A stretch of DNA of 64,000 bases, taken from NCBI GenBank assembly GCA_032718475.1, contig JAUCBJ010008761.1:11301-75300 (forward strand), read 5' to 3'. Below are positions 1-12,981 of this stretch, piece by piece. The notes beneath the pieces are model-generated. The model saw only the letters and a program-made list of their open reading frames with translations, ran no database searches and had not been told where the DNA came from. The stretch is from Nemertoderma westbladi. Its lineage: Eukaryota > Animalia > Xenacoelomorpha. A program made the translations under genes and the position numbers. Within the stretch, counting starts at the first letter, position 1. Each line of letters starts with the position of its first letter.

Positions 1-222
1 GTCTGATGTCTCTAAAACCCAACTGTGAAAGTCTACCAAATTTTCTATTTACCTTACAATACATATTATATTTTCATCCCATGAAATAAAAAAGGGGCCC
101 TTCAAGCAGGAAGTTAATAAAAATTGATTTTTTATCATAAATTTAGGCTAAAACTGCCTAATATGGCAGTGCATTTTGCAAAGTCTGTACTGCCTGTTTG
201 GGCATGTGTTCCCTACTGCTAT

Positions 223-383
223 GCCCCAGACTAGTTAACGTGCTGGTTTAGTTGTTCACGTGCTGCTCGAAGTCCCAGACTAGGTATCCGTATCCAGCCA
301 GTTTAGTTGTTCACGTGCTGCTCGAAGCCCCAGACTAGTTAACGTGCTGGTTTAGTTGTTCACGTGCTGCTCGAAGCCCCAGA
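223..383. repeat. Short tandem repeat, ~50-bp unit x3
   Basis: GCCCCAGACTAGTTAACGTGCTGGTTTAGTTGTTCACGTGCTGCTCGAA recurs three times; the middle copy is a variant. Confidence 0.85.
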
Positions 384-879
384 ATAGATAAAACAACAAC
401 AATAACGGATGAGTGAGTTAAACCGATAAGAAATAATTTATTCTGATTCAATGAATTACATTAGTCTTACTCTATTCATGTATTCAACGTTATAACAGAT
501 TTGAATTTACCGCCAAAATATAGGTAGCAGATATGATCTGCCACCCTTTCCAGTAGAAATTACATGTCTTTCAATCATTTGAATTTCCCGCGCTATGGAG
601 GAGGGTGGCACCTTTTAGGGACTTGTCCTACGGGCTGATGGGCGCTGCGCTACCGTTACCTCGCTGTTCGCCCCGACTTACAGACTTAGTAACTAAACTA
701 CTGAACTAGATTGTTGCCTACCTGTGACCTGTCCACTGCCTACTGGCCTATCGCAGACAGTTCTCTCGAGCTCGACAATCACCATTCTGCCATCTACTAC
801 TGCTGTACTGTGTACTGTCCTAGGCTGCTAGGCCTACTCCTGTACCAGTGTACCGGTACTATACTCTGCTAGTCTGCTA

Positions 880-1973
880 CCGTAATTCGGGGTGACTTGA
901 TACATTGAGGTGACTTGATTTGATACAGCAAGTTATACTTTTTTTCTTTAACGGATTGTAGATTGTGGGTGATTCTGTGATTGTGTGATGTTATGATAAA
1001 AATTGAAATATTAGAAGATGTCTGAATAAATTGTCTATCAAATAGTAAAATAAATTTTGTCATTGCTTTGCATTTGTGATCACTAGAGCCAAAAATGCAT
1101 TTTTCAAAAATTCACTTTTTTTTAATGTCAAAATATAGGCCTAGGTCGAATTTTTGACACTTTGGGTTAATGTTGTTCAAAAATTATTTTTAATGTTCTG
1201 ATACCTGTGACTTAAACGTTGATTTGGCAAAATTTGTGCTTAAATTCATTGATTTAGTTTGCAGTTTTTTCTAAAATGTTTTGTCTTATTTACTGGTGTC
1301 AGGATGTCACAATGCAATGAAAGTCTTTTTCGTTTTTAAACTTCAATTTAACTTGTTAAATATTTTTATATGTTAAATTTTCTAAAATATTTTATCTTTA
1401 CTTAGACAGTTAAACCTTAAATTTGCAAAATGTGTGCTTAAATTCATTGTTTTAGTTTCCAGTTTTTTCTAAAATGTTTTGTCTTACTTACTGGTGTCAG
1501 GATGTCACTATGCAATGAAGGTCTTTTCGTTTTTAAAGTGCAATTTAACTTGTTAAATATGAAATATTTTGCCATAAAAAATGGAGTTATTTTTAATTTT
1601 AGCCATAATTTTATATCCCTGTTAGGTGGGGACTTCGTTCTTTTTTTAAAATTTCCAAGATGTATCAAGTCACCCCCACAGCCTAAGCCTACAACATGAT
1701 CGAAACTCATTCACAGAGTGGTATTTATTTTTGCGGAAAATTTGCTTGTGTATCAAATCACCCCGTTATGTGGGGTGACTTGACACAGCTGGTTTTTAAG
1801 AAAAAAACACCACTAGACTAAGCACCTCAAATAGTGCTTTAGTCTAGTTGCGTAGTAGGCCTACTCATCCTGACTAAAAAAATTTTATTTTTATTCCATC
1901 TGTTTAGGATAAAAACTTCAGAAGATATTCACAGTTAAAGGCAAAAACTGTATCAAGTCACCCCGAATTACGG
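880..1973. mobile_element. Non-autonomous Tc1/mariner-superfamily (pogo/Tc2-like) DNA transposon
   Basis: Perfect 25-bp TIRs CCGTAATTCGGGGTGACTTGATACA (880-904 and 1949-1973) flanked by TA on both sides. Internal copies of GGTGACTTGAT/ATCAAGTCACC lie at ~909, 1661, 1750 and 1771, with an internal duplication (~1226-1360 vs ~1424-1560). No transposase. Confidence 0.9.
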
Positions 1974-2583
1974 TACTGTAACGCTAACTACACTGCTACA
2001 CTACATCTGTACATATGAATGACATAGCACTGTAGCAGCATAGTGCAGTAGTGCAGTGCATAACAGCATACTGGCATAGCCTACTGCCAGACTGCAGTAC
2101 AGTACCGGTACTGTCAGACTGTGAGAGTGAGATGTGGCCAGAGGCTGAGAGCTGGCAAACTCAGCAGAAACTAGTTTTTTAGCACCTTGGTTTTTTTAAA
2201 TCACCTACGGTTGACGGTACCGGACCGGGTACCGCAATACCACCCTACAGGCTACAGCCCTAACGACGTACTCTTGAAAATTTATTAAAAAACTCGGTTT
2301 TAGTTATTGTTGCTTCCCTGAAGTTCCAAAACTCCATACATACGCGCCTTGTTCTCTGTAAGGGTAAGCGTAGCTGCGTAGTTCATTAGTTAACGTAACG
2401 TAGGCCTGTAGGGGTAGGATCACTAGGATCAGCGATCGGCTTACCTACTACCGGTACAAGTCAAACACTGAAAAAGTGCAGTACCGTAGTTTTGTAAATA
2501 AAAATACAAGTATTTTGATCAGTGCAATTAGTTAAAATTACCCAGCTACTGGTACCGTAGCAGTAAATAAATATATCTCAAAT

Positions 2584-2913
2584 ATGGTGGCATCAAAGAA
2601 GCAAAAGAAGGCTTTAGAGAACATCAACTCCAGATTGCAGTTGGTTATGAAGAGTGGGAAGTGTTGTCTTGGTTACCGACAGACTATAAAAACCCTGCGG
2701 GACGGAAAGGCAAAACTGATAATCGTATCGAACAACTGTCTCCCGCTGCGGAAGTCTGAGATCGAATATTACGCAATGCTGGCGAAGACTGGTGTCCATC
2801 ATTACACCGGAAACAACATCGAGTTGGGGACATCGTGTGGGAAGTTCTTCCGGGTATCAGTTCTAGCGATTACAGACCCCGGTGACTCTGATATAATTCG
2901 ATCACTAACGTAA
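2584..2913 (+). CDS. RPL30: 60S ribosomal protein eL30 (L30e), CDS without introns
   Basis: 109 aa [29 protein letters not shown]...[48 protein letters not shown], the eL30 signature. Confidence 0.97.
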   Translation: MVASKKQKKALENINSRLQLVMKSGKCCLGYRQTIKTLRDGKAKLIIVSNNCLPLRKSEIEYYAMLAKTGVHHYTGNNIELGTSCGKFFRVSVLAITDPGDSDIIRSLT

Positions 2914-3067
2914 ATGCGGGTCTAATGTTAGATAGCATGAGGATATCGGACAGACTGTATCACAGCAACCAATGTTGTTTCTACTAAACATCCTGTAGAC
3001 ATTGGGTTTGTTTGTATTACAATAATTCCTTGAGTATATATATATAATTATAAAGTCTGAATTGGCT

Positions 3068-3073
3068 AATAAA
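3068..3073 (+). promoter_or_regulatory. Putative polyadenylation signal of RPL30
   Basis: AATAAA ~155 nt after the stop codon. Confidence 0.55.
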
Positions 3074-3946
3074 AAATATATATGTAAGCCTGCTCGGTAT
3101 CACTATATTTCACATTTCAAACCTTACTCGTTCAACTTGAGTTGAGCTACCAATGATTCATATACTTTTTTTCCAAAGTTAATTTTGCATACCGGTAGTC
3201 TACATTTATGAAATAAGGATGAGATGAGAGTCCGGAAATTAATTTTTCGCTTATTCTTTCATTTTTTCGAAGAGAAAATGGAAAAATAAAAATATGAAAC
3301 CACTCTACCAGCGCTCTAATACAACCGTGGTATAATTCAATAAATTATTTACAATTCGGACGATATTTAACGTACAGTACTTCTTAATGTGCTAAATTTT
3401 TAGACATAAATTGAAGGATCTCGGTAATAACTGATATTGTGTTCTGCAGTGATTTATTGGCTTGCATTTCCATTGCAATCTGACTGCAACCGTTATATAA
3501 ATGATAAGGATATATTTATACTCTGAAGTGAATGCTTACGTGGGCGTTATTTTTAAAAAAAAATCGTAACATTGTTACATGGTATCGCAGTTTTGATGTA
3601 ATAAACACATTCCAAATAGGTTTACACGAAGGTTCCCTTCTCTTCGCTGTTTCACAGAATGCAATTGGGGTAGCTAGTCTAACTCTCATGGTTATCGTTT
3701 AACACTCACTTTAATCCATTGACTATCCAAATATTTTTCAGTGGCGGCTTAAGTTCGACTGAATTGTAACACATTACATACTATTATAATTATAGTTGTA
3801 TATCATTGTTGTAATACTCAATGATATTCTACCTTTGTCATAATTCATGATGGAGTTGGGATTGTGGCGACAGTTGAGTGTGCGATGTAAGTTGGTAATG
3901 GGGTCGGAATGGGAACACGGATGATTGCTCCTCCCATTTTGTTTTT

Positions 3947-4488
3947 GGGGGCGTTCATAAAGTATGTCACGCAAATGTTTCCGATTTTTGACCCCCCCTC
4001 CCCCCCTCTGTCACAAAGTGTCACACAAGCTCGACCCCCCCCCCCCCCTGTCACATTAGACAATTTGTAATACCCCCCCCCCCCCCCGCCCCGACAAAAA
4101 ATATTTTATTGTAATAATACACAATGTTTGTTATGCCAAAATACAATATAAATTCAATCACTATATCTACATTTTCCCACGGGCAAGTCAAGTGTTCTTA
4201 TTCTATATTAATAACAGGTATTACAGTGTTGGAGTCAATGGCTTCTATGTCCTACTCAATTTATCGATTATACTCAATGTTATTGAGTTTATTGTTTTCC
4301 TTAAAGTTACCCACTCTTCTACACATGTGTGAAAGTCAAAGCCAAGCTAACATTAAAGCATAGAACATCGCCGTGACCGTCACAAAAGTCGTACACCCCC
4401 CTCCCCCCTCTGTCACAAAATGTCACGCAAGCTCTAACCCCCCCCCCCCCCCCCCCCCTAGTGCGTGACATACTTTATGAACGCCCCC
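3947..4488. mobile_element. PIF/Harbinger-like MITE
   Basis: 27-bp TIRs GGGGGCGTTCATAAAGTATGTCACGCA / TGCGTGACATACTTTATGAACGCCCCC, TTT on both flanks (3-bp TSD), and subterminal TGTCAC repeats with poly-C tracts. Confidence 0.8.
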
Positions 4489-4659
4489 TTTGGGGGGTGA
4501 TCACTGTTTACTGAAAAGCTCCAGTAGTGGTATATAAACTCGTAAACCTCTACAACTATAATCGGCCTGCTGTATTGAGGCTTCACAATGAGATGCTATG
4601 CCGGCTTAACAAAAATATTTTGATCACCACAATGCAATCCACAATTGGTAAGCCCAATG

Positions 4660-5545
4660 CAGCGTGCATTAAGAATGCTATGTCGGCTTATCAACAAAGT
4701 TGTACCCCTACAACTCCCTATCCCCATGACTTTCGCGTGATTATCCCCATCTTCAATGCCAGTGTCCTTCACGAGGCGTCTCGAGAAAGTCATGGGTTGT
4801 CCACAATGCTTATATTCTCCATGGGGCAGCCAAAGCACAATATTGTGCACAGGCTGGTCCTCACGATGAAAGCAATGTCCTGCAAAGCGGAGGCGGCTTT
4901 TTTAAGTGTCAAGCTTGGTGGAACCAATGAGACACCTCCAATATTATAAATGTTATATAGTGTCTGGTTGGAGAAATGTGCATTGTACTTGACACAGTGA
5001 ACCCGACATAGCATTGTTGTGAATGTGCCATCCAGAGATTTGGTGTCCTCAGCAGTTAGAGCCCAGCATGGACTCCCGTAGAGGAGTCTACTGCTGCTCT
5101 AAATAATCAGACCTTAAGTTGCCGATGTATTCTGTGTGACTTCCAAATCCTAGAAAGTCAATTAAATGCTGCCCATGCCTTTCCCTTGCGTATTCGAAGG
5201 TCCCCATCTGACTTCCGGATCCATGATCTCAGATAACAGAAGTCATCCACATGCTCAAGCATGCCATCCTTTGTTGAGTTTATGCTCACATGCGACCAGA
5301 AAGTTCAGAAGGACTTTCAAAGTTAACTGTCAAAATGTTGGTTTTTTCCGAGTTAACAAAAATACCAACACTAGAAGCAGCCTGTTCTAATGAGCTGAGG
5401 AGCCGTTGGGCTCACTCTAGTGATTCTGAGAGTACTCCTAAGTCATCAGCAAAGTCAAGATCAGTTAGGTACTTGGCAGCATTTCCTCGACTACTGGAGC
5501 CGGTAGGTGGAGTTACCACCACCCCATCATCATTATGATGATCTA
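4660..5545 (-). mobile_element. Decayed 5'-truncated RTE-clade non-LTR retrotransposon (RT C-terminal half)
   Basis: Minus strand reads ..KYLTDLDFADDL.. (RT FADD motif, ~5440-5475), then ..LLYGSPCWALT..KSLDGTFTTMLCRV...H.SN..LY.., with stops and frameshifts. Confidence 0.8.
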
Positions 5546-6885
5546 AGGACTCACTTGGAAACGCCGTGGTTTGGAACTACGTAGTGACCCTTATGTCGTT
5601 CATATCCCGTTAGACAATGTTCATTTTCGAATAAAATTTATATAATACAGTAATATAATTGATATTCTCCCCTAAGGAAATTATGTTTACGTAACTTGTG
5701 TGAATATTGATTCTAAAGTTGGAATCCGTGCCCTAAGGATACTGACCCAATACCCCTCAGGTATTTCCATACCCTTAACTAATTATAGAAAACAACTAAC
5801 TAGAATCGCGCGTACGAGTTAATACGCGCGTACGACTATAGCCAGTTGCCACTAGTAAAATGAAATACCAATAATAGCCTGATTCAGACAGACATGGTCT
5901 TTGCCCATTGGTCTTATTACATATTGTACCATGTTGAGTGGGGATTTTACTTATTCGAGACGTTTATTTAAAGTAAAGTAATGGATGGGCGACGGGCGTG
6001 CAAATACGAAACGCCGGAAGCAACCGAAATGATCATACCATTTGGGCGTCATTCCATGGTTATCATTCAACCCCACCCCAACTAACACATTAAGACATTT
6101 ATATCAACCCTGAATTGGAAGACAGCTCTAAAATGTCTTTCTCGAGATGGTTCTTGTGTATCGTTTAGTCGAAAAACTTTATTTCACTGGTGACTGACTA
6201 CTTATGATATAGAGTTGTAATTGAAATAAATACCTTTTCTTCTTGTTTTTATTTGTGGAAGAATTATTATATTTATTATATTATACCATTCATATTTTTG
6301 ACCTAGTGAAAAACATCCATCTCTACGAAGTTCTAACTAAAATATAATTAATACGTTATTACAAAACGTACGGGAAGAACAAAAAATCACGGTTTATAGG
6401 ACTTATACGTTAGATGAAACCAGAACCATCGGTTAAACACCGCCGCCAGAGTTTGATTTATATCATTTAATTTAAATCACATAAAAAAATCTTTTTGACT
6501 TTGTATTTTCTCTTTGTTGATTTTTTCATGATTTTTATCAACCCATGCTTTGAAGCCAGGAGAGCCATTGCATTACATGTAATGATGATTAATAAGAGTC
6601 AAATTACCTAATGGATTTTTAATTAATTGTTTATTTGGTTTATATTTGAATAATTAAGAAGCTGCATTGATAAAGCATGAAGTCTTCACAATATTTTCAT
6701 TTTCCTCTACAATCCATGTTCCTCTAGAAACCATGAGTACTGATTTCTCATTAACGTATTGCATATTTAACTACGGGAAACACGTTTAGGTTAATTTCTC
6801 TAAATCATCATAAATTAGGTTCAGATTCAGACACCAATTAAGGTGATAGAAAAAATGACAATGACGGTTTACATAGTTTTAGCCT

Positions 6886-7945
6886 GAATCTGTGTTCCCG
6901 GTTACAAATTAGTGTGTTCGGATACGAATGTGTGTTCCCGGTTACAAATTAGTGTGTTCGGATACGAATTTGTGTTCCCGGTTACAAATCAGTGTGTTCG
7001 GATACGAATCTGTGTTCCCGGTTACAAATCAGTGTGTTCGGCTACGAATGTGTGTTCCCGGTTACAAATCAGTGTGTTCGGCTACGAATCTGAGCATCCG
7101 GTTACAAATCAGTGTGTTCGGCTACGAATCTGTGTTCCCGGTTACAAATCAGTGTGTTCGGATACGAATCTGTGTTCCCGGTTACAAATCAGTGTGTTCG
7201 GCTACGAATGTGTGTTCCCGGTTACAAATCAGTGTGTTCGGATACGAATCTGTGTTCCCGGTTACAAATCAGTGTGTTCGGCTACGAATGTGTGTTCCCG
7301 GTTATAAATCAGTGTGTTCGGCTACGAATCTGTGTTCCCGGTTACAAATCAGTGTGTTCGGCTACGAATCTGTGTTCCCGGTTACAAATCAGTGTGTTCG
7401 GCTACGAATGTGTGTTCCCGGTTATAAATCAGTGTGTTCGGCTACGAATCTGTGTTCCCGGTTACAAATCAGTGTGTTCGGATACGAATCTGTGTTCCCG
7501 GTTACAAATCAGTGTGTTCGGCTACGAATCTGTGTTCCCGGTTACAAATGAGTGTGTTCGGCTACGAATCTGTGTTCCCGGTTACAAATGAGTGTGTTCG
7601 GCGACGAATCTGTGTTCACAGTTACAAATTAGTGTATTCGGCTACGAATCTGTGTTCCCGGTTATAAATTAGTGTGTTCGGCTACGAATCTGTGTTCCCG
7701 GTTACAAATCAGTGTGTTCGTATACGAATCTGTGTTCCCGGTTATAAATCAGTGTGTTCGGCTACGAATCTGTGTTCCCGGTTACAAATCAGTGTGTTCG
7801 GCTACGAATGTGTGTTCCCGGTTACAAATCAGTGTGTTCGGCTGCGAATCTGTGTTCCCGGTTACAAATCAGTGTGTTCGGCTACGAATATGTGTTCCCG
7901 GTTACAAATTAGTGTGTTCGGATACGAATCTGAGCATCCGGTTAC
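6886..7945. repeat. 40-bp minisatellite, ~26 copies
   Basis: Unit GAATCTGTGTTCCCGGTTACAAATCAGTGTGTTCGGCTAC, built from two related 20-mers. It generates the spurious ORFs at 6912-8027. Confidence 0.97.
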
Positions 7946-8274
7946 CAATTTGTGTTTCTGGTTGCGATATGTAGGCATAGTTACAGGCTACAAATCTGTA
8001 TCAATTCACTTTTCATCAGCCTACTAACTAAATACCGAAACCTCCACACACTGAAAATCTATTAAAAAAAAAATTAGCAGCGGGGCAGTTGAACAAAGTT
8101 TCATAGTTAGCAAACACCTACTGGGACATATTCGTCATAATGCAATAATTGTTCATAATAATATTGCCTTCTATGGAAATATCTTTTCAAAATATTTACA
8201 TTCAAGCACTTAGGCCTACAGACACCATGCGGCTACTACTATTACTACGATCGGCATGCTGTATATATTAAATA

Positions 8275-8595
8275 TATATTAAGAATGCTGTGTCGGTTTG
8301 TCGACAAAATTGCGCCGCCACAACTCCCAATCACTCATGACATTTGCTAGAACATCCGCATCTTCAAGGCCAGTGTCCTACTGTCCACCATGCTTATTCC
8401 CTCCATGAGGCCGGCAAAGCGCAAAATTAAGCTCTGGCTGGTCCTCACGGCGAAAGCAATGTCCTGCAAAGCGGAGGCGGATCCGTTCATGTTTCAGTTC
8501 AAGTTCAAGCTAGGGGAGATTAATGGAACACCTCCAATGTTGTATAGAGTCTGATTGGTGATGTGTTCATTGTACTTGACACAATGAACCCATCG
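8275..8595 (-). mobile_element. Second 3' fragment of the same RTE-like family
   Basis: Clear similarity to 4665-5005 (shared TTAAGAATGCT.TGTCGG, GAAAGCAATGTCCTGCAAAGCGGAGGCGG, CATTGTACTTGACACA). Confidence 0.8.
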
Positions 8596-10982
8596 CGGCT
8601 AAATAAGGAAGTAAATCTGATAAAATGCCGAATTAATTGCATTGAAAGTACCCCTCGGCCCTCCTCGCATTAGGAAAAACGACGTTCATATTATAAAATT
8701 TTCATCCGATTATGATGCGATGTGTGTGTGACTCACTTCCGAACACTTGAAATAAACTAGCCTATTCAACGGTTCACAGACCTCATCCCACGGACAAAAG
8801 AAGGTAAACTCCAATCACATAGAATTATTAATAAAGGTAACGTGTAGGAAGTGAAGCAGGGAGACACAAAATAGTATTATTGGCAAGTTGTTAACAACTA
8901 GCGAGAGAGTTTGGTTTGCAAAGAAACTAGTTAATATGCATGATTAATCAGCTAACGGTTTCACTGCATGCTTGGCTGCTTGCGTCTTATATTACTTGTC
9001 CAATTTGGCGGACCAATAGTCATTACGGTTGTGGGGTAATATGCTACCTCACCTCGTCATCGCGATTTCGCTATGAATTAATTCGAGTAGATCATAAAGA
9101 AACGGACAGTTATTTGTAGGTGGTGTTTTGGTCGATTTGATTTCTAAGAGTAAGAGACAAGTTATAGAGTTTAAGAGACAAAAAAAGTATTGTGTCTAAT
9201 GTACGTATGATGCACGGATATATGTGTATTTTGAATAATATTTTTTCATTTCCGAAAGGTGCTGAAATTGGTGTCAGGAACTCCCCATATCTCGAAAACT
9301 AGTGGAGCTATTCAATTGTTTTATTTGTTTCATCTCGGACATAATTTTAGTAAGCACTTTCGACGCGCTAGACCTATTGTTTAAGGGATTCTAACTAAGA
9401 GAAATAACTGGCCCACTAAATTTATGAGCTTTGCAGCAGCTTGGCGGGTCGTTTCTATTAGTAGCTCATGTGGAATCGAATTATTTAATGTCCCGTTTTT
9501 AAGTTACTAATAATAATTGTCCCAACGATATTATCTTCACCAATTCTCCCTCTTTCACATTGTACGATTTTCATATATTTATTTAGTGCCCCGTTTTCAG
9601 GATCTATATATGTATTTAGTGCCCCGTTTTCAGGATCTATATATTTATTTACTAATTATCTTTCACTGGGAAGGTTTTACAATTTATATAAAATGTATTT
9701 CGAATGACATGTGACCCAAGATTCCAATTGGCAGTAAGAAAGAAAATAAATAATTGCAAGTTAAGTAATTAACTATTATTTATAATTGCTATATCCAACA
9801 GACCAACACACAGTAAATCAAATATATCATGTACAACTGGTAGCCTGAGCTACAATTTAAAGGAAGCTCGTATATAAACAGAAATAATAGGGCAACATTG
9901 AGCACCAATAGCTACTATTAATTAATTATCTACAATCAACGCACAATTAGCTGGATATATTGAATAAAGTTGCTCGAACGTCAACGTTTCTGTTCACAAT
10001 GATTGTGTGAGTTACATTACAAGTACAAAAAGCAATCAAACATAGACTGGCAAAAAAACTAAGTAAAAAAAAATCGAAAAATTAATGACGCTGACCAAAT
10101 GGCACAAAACAAACAATAGAAGAAGATCTGATAGAAAACGATACATTGTAATGAAATGGTAACGAATAATATTAATATGGAGAAATACTCAAAATAAAAT
10201 GATAACTTATTAAGGAAGTAAGGAGGCAAATTAGATGCGATGAATCCCGAATCAACATAACCTGAGAGCTAGGCGTATTTTTTTTTAAATAAATTACATA
10301 AGGACGGGTTTTGTCAACAAACTTTGCTATTTTTCGTTAAACCTATAAATTTTTCTAGATTTTGAACTTTTGTCGAAGCTTCATTTAAATCGTTCTTCAG
10401 AGCTTCATATAAAGGTATAATCCCAGGTCACGCATTCAACACGTGATATACTCGAACGCCCCCGTTACATTTACGGCCAATAATAATCGACCTCATGTTA
10501 GTATTATAGCCAACAACATAAACAACTTTATCGATAATACTAAATTGCACAAAAGAATTACAAATGGATTGGTTATCAAGGCAGTAGAGACGTCCTGTGG
10601 ATACGAGAGAGTACAACAATGGAACCAATAATATCATACAAGTGTATAAATAATAATGATATGTTTTTTTGTTAAATGTTTTATTACCATATGTAATGAT
10701 GTGCCATTGGATGGCTTTAATAATAAACTAGTACGCGGTTACTGGAGTCCTAATAAACTATTTATTTCACGGCTAGTAATCTTACACTTTACAATGGATT
10801 CCAATTAATACAAAGTGTGATCTAAATAGCCTAAATGCATATATGTTTACGTAAAACCCCAGAGATAATACATAGTATGGCATAGAATGAGTATATGGTG
10901 CATAAGATTTTCTAGGTCATACACTTATTCTTTCAACGAATCATGAGTTTGTGAAACTCTACACAGTTCCATTCAGTCTGCT

Positions 10983-11044
10983 TTATAGAATAGAGTTTCT
11001 TCGTCTTTTCTCTAACTCGAATTTGAAGTTGATGATGATATTAG
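10983..11044 (-). CDS. DOK5: DOK4/5/6-like, putative last coding exon
   Basis: TTTCAG|(A)NIIINFKFELEKRRRNSIL*; phase 1, giving a 981-nt total CDS (326 aa). Supported only by splice signals and phase. Confidence 0.5.
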
Positions 11045-11054
11045 CTGAAATATT

Positions 11055-12090
11055 TGTAGTAATCCCGATTAGCAACGGTCTAGGGAGAGTAGGGAACACA
11101 GATGGTCAGTATGGGATTGGGAGGCGGCGAGCCGGAACGGTGAGCACGCGGTGGGAGGTGGTTGCGACGGGATCCAAGGCTCTCGATGGCGGACTCGCCG
11201 TGCTAAAGGCCCTACCAGTACAGCGTGGGTACCTAAACAAATAAGTAATATAATAAATACGGGTCCATAAACAATAAAATAAAGTAGTAAAACTTATTAA
11301 TTCAAACAGACCATCCTGACTACAAATACTCAACCCCGTTCTACATGCTCATCCCGGCATGCCACTGCCGATACTGTAACTCAATTAGCGACAGGTACCA
11401 CGCTCTCAGCTGCCCACAGTGCCCATCTCTTGTCATTCTCGCCTCAACTTAACTCAACTGAATTGTTAATCTCTAATTGTTTATCCCAATATTTGTTCCT
11501 TTTTAAATCTACCCCGTCTGGGGTTGTATTATATTATAATATTATTTACTTGTGAATATCAGTTGACTGACAGCGCGTAGAAATGTTGTCATTAGTTGAT
11601 AGTTAAAGTTAATTAGAGGATCTAAACGATCAACCTTAAAAAGGTTGATCGTCTAGTTCCTCTTATCCGATTATTTAGTGGCGGTGTAACTCCAATTAGG
11701 GTGCCGCATCGGGTGAAATTGTCTTTTTAATTTAATTAAATTGGTTTAATGAACTCAAGCAACACCCCAATTGGAAATCAGAGAAGCAAATGTAATAATA
11801 TTATGTATCAATAGTCTATATAATAAAATCTTGTTATGGGGGACTAACCTAAGTCTATGGAAGGAGATTGTCTCAGTCTGTCTGTACTGCGAGTTGTTGT
11901 GGGGAGGGTTGGGGGCTCGTCTGTCACCGCTAGAGGGCTCACCGGTGAGCGGCGTATCGGTGCCACCCTCGCGACAGGCCGGAACTCCCCGCAGGGTTGC
12001 CCCTGGTCGTCTAGGTTACGGAAGAACGCCCGCGGGGCATTGTGTTCGTTGGGTTCAGCAGCCGGGTGAGCCAGTCTCGGGTCTGTAACA
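11055..12090 (-). mobile_element. Probable solo LTR (~1.04 kb) in the last DOK intron
   Basis: On the minus strand it begins TGTTAC and ends ACTACA, with imperfect terminal inverted similarity and GC-rich blocks unlike the flanks. No TSD, PBS or PPT is visible. Confidence 0.5.
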
Positions 12091-12333
12091 CAACCAACAA
12101 TTCGATAAAGATATATATTTTATGTCAGTAAATCTATAATATACAAGATTGGCTCAAGTGTTAAAATAGTGATAAAGAATTAAGGCCCAGGTTCGATCCC
12201 TGGTCGGATCAGTATTTCAACATTCCTTGGGCGATAAAAATAAGGAACTGAGGTAACATTGTAAACAAGAGGAGGATCTCCAGTCTCCATGGTGGTGAAT
12301 ATGAATTCCAGGTCCAGTAAATTATAAACTTAC

Positions 12334-12452
12334 CGAGTGGAAGGTGGATTTTCTGACAACTCTGACTACTTGTAGGTGCAGTTTCTATAGCAACCGAATT
12401 AATCATTAGTTCAGAATCACTGGAATGGCCTTCTGATTCGAGACTCCCGTTA
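12334..12452 (-). CDS. DOK5: DOK4/5/6-like, putative coding exon 6 (Ser-rich tail)
   Basis: GTTATAG|(S)NGSLESEGHSSDSELMINSVAIETAPTSSQSCQKIHLPL|GTAAGT; phase-compatible 2/1. No recognisable homology in this tail. Confidence 0.65.
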
Positions 12453-12801
12453 CTATAACAACAATAACATTTATATTTGTTTAATAATTATAAAATTCAC
12501 ATAATGAGAATCTTTCACAATTCGTATAACAAAAATCACATAATGGGATCTCTTGTTGTATTTCTTAAGTACCTATTATATTTTAAGAATGTTAACAGAT
12601 AAAGGACCATTCAATATTTATTTAAACAAGAAATCTAATTTTATGAGATTCGACATTCTTTATGATTGGCATTTAATCAGGAAATACAATTTCGGTCAGT
12701 AAAATAGATAACAATCGTATTGTATAGTGAACTGCAAACATTCGTTAACAAACAATGGCTCTGTACATTAACGAGTTACTACAAGGAGCCACCATCCATA
12801 C

Positions 12802-12981
12802 CTGTTTCTATCGATTCTCGCGCTGTGCTTCACAGAAGTTCGCGGTAATGGGCCGGCTGGACGTCTGGCCTTGGCTAACTCCGCGTCCGCTATCGCGTTG
12901 GTCGCGAGGTGCAGTCGGTTGTACAGGATCTCCCCGTAGGGCGTGTGGAATATAACAATACCCTCCCCGTATTCGCAGTGT
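12802..12981 (-). CDS. DOK5: DOK4/5/6-like, coding exon 5 (PTB C-terminus)
   Basis: TTGTAG|HCEYGEGIVIFHTPYGEILYNRLHLATNAIA...LPRT...RN|GTATGG; 180 nt, phase 2/2. Confidence 0.92.

Noticed and set aside
6912-8027. Overlapping Cys/Val-rich ORFs
   Set aside because: They are translations of the 40-bp satellite in several frames.
10200-10730. Possible CR1-like LINE 3' remnant (..RVQQWN..)
   Set aside because: A single weak motif; too degraded to support a call.
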